A DNA stretch of 64,000 nt from Octopus sinensis (taxonomy: Eukaryota), in the NCBI RefSeq assembly GCF_006345805.1, contig NC_043018.1:24242001-24306000 (forward strand). The letters run 5' to 3'. Positions 53,683 through 64,000 of this stretch are shown here, in pieces. The notes under the pieces are model-generated. The model ran no database searches and was not told the DNA's origin. It saw nothing but the letters and a program-made list of their open reading frames with translations. Each line of letters starts with the position of its first letter. The first letter of the stretch is position 1. Made by a program: the position numbers and the translations under genes.

Positions 53683-54555
53683 AGTGTATGTCCAACACAT
53701 CTTCTTGATCATCTCTCTCTTTTTTCAACTGAGGGAGCCATGTATCCTGCCTACATCAAGACACCCGTTTCTGCCCCTCTATTATATTCCATTCTCTCAT
53801 CACCTGGCACAAAGCCACCCCACTTAATACTCTTCCCTTGCTGAGTTGAAGGACCTTCTCTTGCAGACCTTGCTGGTGCCAGTGCCCTGTAAAAAGCACC
53901 CTGTACATCTTGTATAGTCGTTGGCTTCAAGAAAAGCATCCAGCCATAGAAACCATGCCCAGACAGACAGACAGCTTGGCACTGTTTTCTGGCTTATCAG
54001 CTCCTGTCAGACTGTCCAACCCATGCCAGCATAGAAAGCGGACATTAAATGATGACGGTTCAAGAAAAGAATTAGAAGACAGTAAAACAGTATTGAAATA
54101 GGAGAAGCATTTAATAGATCAAAATACACGTCAGTTTCTAACTGTATTTTTATTTTTATGTACATTATATACAACAAAACATAGACAGGAGATCTTGACA
54201 ATCAAACAATGTCTCTCTGTACAATATTTTTAGTGAATTCAACATTTTCATAATTGGAATACCTGTCAGATCCTCTTGTACATGTTAATATAATGAAATT
54301 ATTGTATACAGTGCTCAGGTGCACCACAACTTGTCAGAAAGTGCATATTAAGTACATGCAGTAATGTAGAAATGTCTGGAAAGCGAACAATGTATGAGTC
54401 AGATACATGCTTGTGTGTGTATGGAGGGGGGAAAATCAAGTGTAGTGTTGGCGAATCTCAGGAAGCATGGAAGTTTTGAAGGATGCAGTGCTCCACAGTG
54501 CTTCTTCATTCATGCCAAACTGTTTGATAATGATTTGTTTTTTATAAATAAATAT

Positions 54556-55046
54556 CAATGGAAATTGTAGTTACGATACCTGTGCAGGTGGCACATAAAA
54601 AGCACCATCCTAACGTGGCCGATGCCAGTGCTGCCTTGACTGGCCTCTGTGCTGGTGGCACATGACCTGCTGTGCTTGAGACCTATTGAATCAAGTACAT
54701 CAACATCAAAATGAATATCAAATGGAAATAGTAGTTGTGATACCTGTGCCAGTGGCACGTAAAAAGCACCATCTGAACATGGCCGATGCCAGTGCTGCCT
54801 TGACTGGCTTCTGTGCTGGTGGCACGTAAAAAGCACCAACCGATCGTGGCCGCTGCCAGCTTCCCCTGGCACGTAAAAAGCACCCACTACACTCATGGAG
54901 TGGTTGGCGTTAGGAAGGGCATCCAGCTGTAGAAACACTGCCAGATCAGACTGGAGCCTGGTGCAGCCTCCTGGCTTCCCAGACCCTTGTTGAACCGTCC
55001 AACCCATGCTAGCACGGAAAACGGATGTTAAACGATGATGATGATG
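54556..55046 (+). mobile_element. SINE family C with internal tandem repeats
   Basis: Four ggcacRtaaaaagcacc units and (GAT)n tail. Confidence 0.8.
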
Positions 55047-55764
55047 AATGGCTGTAAGAAAATAATCATTCAAATGTTTTTCTGAAATGACTGAGTGGAG
55101 GAAACCTGTGGATGATACCTGGGAGTCAGTTCGGTTGCTTGTGTATTAGATGAGAGATTGAAGTAAAACCAGTGATGAACAAGTGGATAGCTAACTGGAT
55201 AGAGAGATAACGTTAATGTCCTCTGCTCTTCAGGACGAGCTCCTAACTCCACCTCTACCTTCTTATGATCACTTGATCTGCAAGCAATAGCAACGAAATC
55301 TCCCTCAAATCATACCTTACTCTGTGAATAAAATTAATAAATAATAAAGATAGGAAAGGATACGTTGGAAAGTACTGTGAAGGGTACACAATATATAAAA
55401 ACAAAAGATATGATGGTCATGACTGGAATGCTTTTGATCAAGATCTTCTCTTACAGAGCTTGCCTGGGACTAAACATAGCAATAACAACCAGGCATACAC
55501 TTGTCCCTTGCATTTTTTCTGATGTGGGCTCCATATACCATACTTACCATTTCTCTGAAAACCAATCTTTCCTCACCAGAACATCGACTCCTGGAATTTC
55601 CTCTTTCCTTTCCCATATTTCCTGCAGATGTTAAAACCCCAATGTAAATTCTGTGGATCTCCCCAATCTCATGCATGGGCACTTCACTGTCCCCCACCCC
55701 AAATATTCAGAAAAAGAAAATGGAACAAAAAAAAAAAATTTCCAATCCACCCATTTCCTACTCT

Positions 55765-56135
55765 ACTCTCTTTTACTCTTTTACTTGTTTCAGTCATTTG
55801 ACTGCAGCCATGCTGGAGCACCGCCTTTAGTCGAGCAAATCGACCCCGGGACTTATTCTTTGTAAGCCCAGTACTTATTCTATCGGTAAACACACCAGCA
55901 TCGGTTGTCAAGCAATGCTAGAGGGACAAACACAGACACACAAACATATACACACACATACATACATATATATACATATATACGACAGGCTTCTTTCAGT
56001 TTCCATCTACCAAATCCATTCACAAGGCTCTGGTCGGCCCGAGGCTATAGCAGAAGACACTTGCCCAAGATGCCACGCAGTGGGACGGAACCCGGAACCA
56101 TGTGGTTGGTTAGCAAGCTACTTACCACACAGCCA
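55765..56135 (-). mobile_element. SINE family A
   Basis: Similarity to 9341-9722. Confidence 0.85.
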
Positions 56136-56749
56136 CTTTTTACTTATTCTGTTTAGATATATTTAAAATAGAACATAAGAATGTGTATCCTTCATGCTTT
56201 CCTCTGAACATATTTGTGCTGATGTAAATGACAATACAGAGAAACTAGGGTGCAGATAGGGTCTTGTACCCTGAGTTCCTCTGTGGTCTGCTCTTCTGGG
56301 ATTGTCAGCTCCCCAGACCAGAGATAATAGTGTTGCAGTGGTCATAGCAGTGAGACCAATGCTTAGTTAGGATAGAGCATAACAGCACCAGCAAGGGTGG
56401 GTGGAGTGCTCTGTTTCCATGGAACTTTTTTTTGTATGGCTGTGCACCTGTGAGTAGCAGTAACAGTAGAGCAGCACACGAGCGTGGGGATGGTGGGTGA
56501 AATGAAAAATATGTGTGTGTGTGTGCATTTGTGTGGTGGAATGTATATGATTGTGCTAGTGTGTGTGTGTGTGTGTGTGGTTGGATTGTCAGTACATCTA
56601 TGTAGAAGAGTGAGTGTTTGCATGTTACCACACAGTCCAACGGCTTTCTCTGCTCCACCGACTCTAAACAGTGAATATGAATGAACCAATTTTGTTACCT
56701 GTCAGGACTTGTACATATCATCACATAGACAGACATGTACATACAATAT

Positions 56750-56780
<31 letters not shown>

Positions 56781-57754
56781 ATGTGTATAAAATAATAAAT
56801 ACTCCATTGGTCTTGGACAATTAATAATCCATTTATTCAATCAACAATCCTATCTGGTCTTTGTTTTATATTTAATGCATGCTGCTTAAGTATTCCACTG
56901 GTACATGTACTCTTACCATAATTCCGTTACACTTCACAATGCTGGCCCTCAAGTCACAGGCAGAAGTCATGTTAGCCTTCCACAGATGCCATTCTAGTTG
57001 TCAACCTTCACCTGTTTCAAAGTAAAGTAATATTTTCTCAAGGCCAGGCATATTTTCCTTGGAAATTTCGTAACAAACAGCATCACTTCTATGACAGTTA
57101 TCACGTGATGTCAAGACAAGCATGCACACACGGCAGTGTTTTTTCAGTTTTTATCTACTAAATCTACTCGCAAGGCTGGAGCTATGGTAGAAGACACTTG
57201 CCTAAAGGTTCTGTGCTGTGGGACTGAAACTGAGATCCCACCACTTGGTTGGGAAGCAAGCCTCTCAATCACACAGCTGTGCATTTAATATATAAGAATA
57301 TAGTTTAGGGCTGTGGTTCTCAAACTGATAAATATGTTCTCTGTCCCCTCTTAAAAGAATTAGTGAAATATTTTGACCGTCCTCCTCTTATTAATAAGAT
57401 GGAGGAACAGCATACCGGTCATTCTTATTTCCATTGTGTCTTCATTTCTCAGAATTGTAGCTACAAAGTGAAACTATTTCAGTTTTATTAAAAATGGCTG
57501 GAGAGGCTGTGGCTGTATGATTAAGATGCTTGCTTTCCAACCATGTGGCCTTGGGTTCAATCCCACTTTGCAGCACTTTGGCATATGTCTTTTACTTTAG
57601 GTAGGGGCTGACTGACCTCTTGTGAAAGAAACCCGTTATGTGTGTGTGTATGTGTTAGACATGTATATGCATGTGTAGGTATATATATATATATATTATA
57701 TATATATATAGATCAATAAATGGTGGGGTTGTGTTGACCGCATGTGGAGAAATG

Positions 57755-57960
57755 ATAGGCAAGGAAAAATTATAAAAAGGCAGAATGCTAAATTGAAGGT
57801 AAATTTTAATGAAAATGGGTGTATGGAAAATAAAAAAAATTTTTTTTAAAATTGTTTGAATTAATATATATATATTTAAAAAAATTTTCCATACATCCAT
57901 TTTCATTAAAATTTACCTTCAATTTAGCATTCTGCCTTTTTATAATTTTTCCTTGCCTAT
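57755..57960. repeat. 77-bp inverted repeat with one mismatch
   Basis: Arms 57755-57831 and 57884-57960. Confidence 0.95.
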
Positions 57961-58229
57961 ATATATAACAAATGAGAGAAGCACAAAATGGAATTCATGA
58001 GATTCTTTATTAATCACAATGATCGTTTTGACTCATCATACATTGGTCCCTCACGGGTGAGATACTATACAGCTGGTTGTGATGCATCCTTCAGTGAAGA
58101 TGTGTGTCATCAGGTGCCTTTTCAAAAGGTACCTCATTCTGTGTATATATGTATGTACATATGTATCTATGTATGTGTGTATATTATATATATATATATA
58201 TATCTATATATATATATATATAATATATA

Positions 58230-58457
58230 TATACATTTATGTGTGTTTGTGTATACCTTTGTTTAACGATGATTGTAAATGAGTTTTGCCGCCATATGAA
58301 CAATGCTGGTCATTTTCAGTCTTCCATAAAATGATGTCTGGTTGGCCATGGGGGAAAAATATTATCTTACCTTGAACAATTAAGTGTTGGTGACAAGAAA
58401 GGTATATGACCATAGAAAAAAAATCTGCCTCAACACATTACATTATATATATATATC

Positions 58458-58488
<31 letters not shown>

Positions 58489-58611
58489 TTATGTGTGTTT
58501 GTGTATACCTTTGTCTTAACGATGATTGTAAATGAGTTTATGTAAATGAGTAAATGAGTATATGACCATAGAAAAAAAATCTGCCTCAACACATTACATT
58601 ATATATATATA

Positions 58612-58664
<53 letters not shown>

Positions 58665-58870
58665 TTATGTGTGTTTGTGTATACCTTTGTTCTAACAATG
58701 ATTGTAAATGAGTTTTGCCGCCATATGAACAATGCTGGTCATTTTCAGTCTTCCATAAAATGATGTCTGGTTGGCCATGGGGGAAAAATATTATCTTACC
58801 TTGAACAATTAAGTGTTGGTGACAAGAAAGGTATATGACCATAGAAAAAATCTGCCTCAACACATTACAT
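58230..58870 (+). repeat. Local tandem duplication of a ~210-bp unit
   Basis: Near-identical copies 58230-58443 and 58660-58870 with a deleted copy between them. Confidence 0.9.
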
Positions 58871-58944
58871 CTGACCCATGCCAGCAGGGAAAAGTGTGCA
58901 TTAAACATTGATGATGGCCAATATGTGTGATCCCTTTTAAATCT

Positions 58945-59144
58945 CTTTCTTTATTACCCACAGGGGGCTAAACATAGAGGGGACAAACAAGGACAGACAA
59001 ACGGATTAAGTCGATTACATCGACCCCAGTGATTAACTGGTACTTAATTTATCGACCCCGAAAGGATGAAAGGCAAAGTCGACCTCGGCGGAATACGGCT
59101 ACGCATTTTGCCCGGCATGCTAACGGTTCTGCCAGCTCGCCGCC
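58945..59144 (-). mobile_element. Young SINE family B with TSD
   Basis: tgatccYttttaaatc on both flanks; CpGs retained. Confidence 0.85.
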
Positions 59145-59824
59145 TGATCCTTTTTAAATCCTCAGAGTCAAGCCCCTGTGAGAAACATTGACTTAACATT
59201 GATAATCAGTAGTCTTTCGTCAGGTATTTTTTTTTAGTCAAGAGGGGTCGTATAACCTTGGGAAGATGGGGTAAGGAATCACCTATAGTGCCTGGCTTAT
59301 TTGCAATTGAACCAGCTGTCATTTGCCCAAGGCTAAATATGAATATTCATTCAGTAACTGTGTGCTATGAAATGCCTCACCAAGCTCCAGGACTGAATTG
59401 AATGGAGAGCTTTTGTGTGTGTGTTGTGGGAATTTCGCTTTCCTTTTCAGCTGCTTGCCCACAAAGAAGGGTCTTTTTTTGTTTGTTTGTTAATGGTTTG
59501 ATTTTGTGTGTGTGTGCGTGTGTTTGTGTGTGTGTTCACTTCTTCCCACGAGAATTTCTCAAGACTTATCATAATTAGATACAGCAGGAAGGAAAATAAC
59601 AACAAACTACGGAAAATAAAGAAAAAAAACAACAAAAACCAAAACTGATAAAAGATAAAAAAATAAACATACAAACTATCTAGATTTAATAAAAAAAAAC
59701 ACACACCTTAACTAAAGAAATAAGCATAAAATATGACGATGATGATGATGATGATGAGGAGGAGGAGGTGGAGGATGCGGTTGATTTGTGTCTTTCCTTT
59801 ATCTTTCTGAGTTAAGATGATTGA

Positions 59825-60500
59825 TATATGTGTGTATATGTATATAAATGTGTGTGTGTGTGTATGTATATGTATATAAATGTGTGTGTATGTATATAAA
59901 TGTATGTGTGTGTATGTATATGTATATAAATGTATGTGTGTGTGTATGTATATGTATATAAATGTGTGTTTGTGTGTGTATGTATATGTATATAAATGTG
60001 TTTGTGTGTATGTATGTATATGTATATAAATGTATGTGTGTGTATGTATATGTATATAAATGTGCGTGTGTATGTATATAAATGTGTGTGTATGTGTATG
60101 TATATAAATGTATGTGTGTGTGTATGTATATGTATATAAATGTGTGTTTGTGTGTGTGTGTATGTATATGTATATAAATGTGTGTTTGTGTGTGTGTGTA
60201 TGTATATGTATATAAATGTGTTTGTGTGTGTGTATGTATGTATATGTATATAAATGTATGTGTGTGTGTGTATGTATATGTATATAAATGTATGTGTGTG
60301 TGTGTGTATGTATATGTATATAAATGTATGTGTGTGTGTGTGCATGTATATGTATATAAATGTATGTGTGTGTGTATGTATATGTATATAAATGTATGTG
60401 TGTGTGTATGTATATGTATATAAATGTGTGTGTGTGTGTGTATGTATATAAATGTATATGTATGTATATGTATATATATGTATGTGTGTGTGTATATATA
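59825..60500. repeat. Minisatellite TGTATATGTATATAAATG(TG)n
   Basis: Direct inspection. Confidence 0.9.
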
Positions 60501-60668
60501 CAAGCGTGTATATATGAGTACACATGACTGTTTAGGTATCTATATGTATATGTGTGTACACAGATCTATCTATCTATATCTATACACACATTTGCGCATA
60601 TACACACATGCGTACATGTGTGTGACTGTTTATGTATGTATCCATCCATCCATCTCTCTCTCTCTTCC

Positions 60669-60714
<46 letters not shown>

Positions 60715-61787
60715 AGTACATAACGCACCCACTCATTTCAGTGTTTATTTTTGTCCATAGCAACAAGAATTCAGTGAGTTGATTAACTAGTTAAAACAAC
60801 TATCTCCTCAGTTCAGTCCTCTTAAAATAGTAATTTTTCACTTGTCCATTCTCTCATTCTCTACTCTTTCTCTTTCAACCCACTCTCTCACAATTCCTCC
60901 TCCTCCTCCTCCTCCATCTCATCTCACATTTTCTTGTTCTGCCCCACCCTTTTTTCACCGTCCCTCTCTCTTTTACTCTCCCCCTCTTCTTCCTCTTTTT
61001 CATTCTTTCTATCCCTGTCTCCCCCCGCTTCTCTCTTTCTCCTACCTTCTCTTCATTTCTGTAACTTTTCTCTCTCCTTATCTCTATTTCTCCCCCCCCC
61101 CCCGTCTCACATTCACTACCTGTGCAACCCCGCCATTCACTTGATTTTACACAAGCTCTTAAAAGGGACATTATCATCAACAGGTACAGCTGTATGGTTA
61201 AGAAGCTTACTTCTCAACCATCTGGTCTTGGGTTCAGTTCCACTGCACAGCAGTTTGGGCAAGTGTCTTCTACTATGACCCTGGGCCATCCAAAGCCTTG
61301 TGAATGAATTTGGTGCATGGAAACTAAAAGAAACTCATTATATATATATATATATGTATGTATAGTCCCACTATGTGGCACCTTGGGCAAGTATCTTCTA
61401 CTACAGCCTCGGGCCGATCAAAGCACTGAGAGTGAATTTGGTAGGAATAAATTGAAAGAAGCTTGTGTGTGTGTGCACGCTTTTCTGTCTTTGTCTAGAC
61501 ATCATGTGATGTTTGTAAATGAGCATCATCATCATCATACAAGTGGTGTCCTTCATTACCAGTCTTTCATGAAGACCTGTTTGGTCAGAGGGAAATATTA
61601 CCTTACATGGAAACAGGTGAGGGTTGGAAACAGGAAAGGCTTCCAGCTGTAGGAAAGCTGCCTCAACAAATTCCATATAACACATACAAGCATCAAAAAG
61701 TGGATGATAAATGATCATGGTGGTGTTGATTGATGTTATTATTATTATTAGTATTATTATTATTAATGTTATTGTTATTATTATTAA

Positions 61788-62002
61788 GGTGGTGAGCTGG
61801 CAGAATGGTTAGCATGGGAGGCGAAATGCTTAGTGGTGTTTCACCTGTCGCTACATTCTGTGTTCAAATTCTGCCGAGGCTGACTTTGCCTTTCGTCCTT
61901 TTGTGGTCGATAAATTAAGTACCAGTGAAGTAACACTGGGACCAATGCAATCGACTTGTCCCCTTTACCCAAATTTCAGGCTTTGTGCATGTAGTAGAAA
62001 TG

Positions 62003-62053
<51 letters not shown>

Positions 62054-62405
62054 TTTACTTCTCAAAGCTCTCAATCTTACTTGCTGTCCACTTCTGTGAG
62101 AGTGGATAGCAACCTGTTGTCAAAAGTCTCACAGGCTCTTTCAGAGTCTCTTTCCACAAATTATAAGACTTAGTACCTATTATTATTATTATGGGGGCAA
62201 GCTGGCAGAATCGTTAGCACACAGGACGCAATGCTTAGTGGTATTTTGTCTGTCTCTATGTTCTGGGTTCAAGTTGCGCCAAGGTCACCTTTGCATTTTA
62301 TCCTTTCAGGGTTCATAAAATAAGTACCAGTTGAACACAGGGGTCGATGTAATCAACTAGTCCCCTCCCTCCAAATTTCAGGCTTTGTGCCTTTAGTAGA
62401 AAGGG
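61788..62405 (+). mobile_element. Two SINE family B copies separated by (ATT)n
   Basis: Family similarity. Confidence 0.75.
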
Positions 62406-63318
62406 TTATTCTCTAAAGTTTGTCTTTATGCCTGTATTAGAAATAAGGATTACTCAGAGATATAACGATTTCTGATCTGCTGGAAATAAGCCAAATCTCC
62501 CTCAAATCACATCTTGCCATCTTAAATTTAAAATTTAAAAAAAAAAAAGATACAGAATAATACTTTATCATTTGATCCTTTGAAGAGGAGAGGTTGGTTA
62601 AAAAAAAGCCAAGCTTGCTATCTTCTGTTTGGTTTCCGTTCCCATCTTCACCTATGGTCATGGATGTTGGGTAATGACCATACCTACCAGCACAGCCATC
62701 ACTACCACTGCCATTGCTACCATCCACACCACCCCCATCACTATCATCATCACTACCACCACCAACATCATTGATACCTTTGTCACCACCATAACCAGCA
62801 GCAGCAGCTGTTTAAGAATTTGGACCTGGAGATCTCCATTTCCAGCGACTTCGAGGGCCACCTCCCAGTGGTGTCGGGCGTCAATGAAGAGCCCTCGACT
62901 ACAACAAGACGACCAAAATTTTTTTTTTTTTCCCCAAGGTCTGGGGTCTCCTGCCCCTAAGCCCTAGACCATCACCTAATCACCCTTACCCGGCTTGTTG
63001 CTTAACAACAACAACAACAGCAGCAGCAGCAGCAACATCATCATCATGATCATTATACCAACATCACCACCACCACCACCACCACCACCACCTTCAGTAT
63101 CGTCACTACCAACACCATTATCAGCACCATTGTCATTGCTAGAACTGTCAGCAGCAGTGTCATCATTGTCATGATCATTATCACACCACCATAACCACTG
63201 CCATTTTCTAGACTGTAGTGGTTGGTTGATGCTAAGATTTTAATCCTGCTGTCAAATGTTTTCTGTATTTTTTTTTTCTTTTTTTGTTAATTACCCAACA
63301 TGTCACTTGCTACACCAG

Positions 63319-63376
63319 TATGAAATAATCATGACTAATCTGGCCGTATTTGAAAAACCCTGTTCTGTTCACTTTG
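63319..63376 (+). other. Candidate 58-nt exon
   Basis: Long poly-T tract, ccag acceptor, open frame YEIIMTNLAVFEKPCSVHF, TTG|GTAAGC donor. Confidence 0.25.
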
Positions 63377-63481
63377 GTAAGCGGTGCTAACTAGCGAAAC
63401 ATTATTACTCATACAGTTTGTCATTTTGACCTGTTGTAACAAATACTGGCTTCTCTCTTTGGCTAGTGTTAATAATAGCTG

Positions 63482-63517
<36 letters not shown>

Positions 63518-63529
63518 ATATATATATAT

Positions 63530-63663
63530 TAGGTTGTCCCAAAAGTTCGTAAACACTTGCGAAAATTGAATTTTTACTCGCCAAGTACTAACAAAAACAA
63601 CAAAAATTATTCCTCAAAATAAGGACCATTATTTTCCAAGACTTTCTACGAACTTTTGGGACA

Positions 63664-63668
<5 letters not shown>
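63530..63668. mobile_element. Mariner-derived MITE in (TA)n
   Basis: 21-bp perfect TIR AGGTTGTCCCAAAAGTTCGTA. Confidence 0.85.
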
Positions 63669-63698
<30 letters not shown>

Positions 63699-64000
63699 TC
63701 ATCATCATTAACCCCATAACATCGGTTGATGTAAATTTACTTGTGCCGTGTACTCGCTTTGAATGAGATGATGAAAATATACACAGCCCTATCTGATGCT
63801 GTTTTGTACCTGTTTATACACTGGTTGATATAAATATCTGCTGTCATTCACAGAATCGATAACAGAGGCCACTGTGCAAATTTCAAGGAATCTGATAGGT
63901 TTGTTAGACTCTTCATCATCATCATCATCGTTTAACATCTGCTTTTCATGCTAGCATGGGTTGGATGAATTGATTGAGGTCTGGTGAACCAGATGGCTGC

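Overview
Eukaryotic, gene-poor, repeat-dominated DNA. The SINE families, (TA)n/(CA)n/(TATC)n tracts and mariner/Penelope debris look like an octopus (coleoid cephalopod) genome; this is inferred from recalled repeat families, not from a search. No intact host protein-coding gene is recognisable, and nearly all ORFs in the track are microsatellite or SINE artefacts. Protein-like remnants are all from transposons: mariner, maT/DD37D-like, hAT, CR1/Jockey, Tx1/L1, RTE, CRE and Penelope GIY-YIG. The most notable signals are: (1) a Penelope-like element with a minimal, variant-core hammerhead ribozyme, plus vestigial hammerhead cores in (TA)n-embedded cassettes; (2) a switch from CpG-retaining to CpG-decayed repeats near 35 kb, about 1 kb after a TCT-like promoter/first-exon candidate, suggesting a methylated gene body; (3) many hairpins and inverted duplications, two of pre-miRNA size; (4) a triplicated ~45-bp motif in a CpG-rich unique island at 22.3-22.8 kb. 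No wholly new system is demonstrated.
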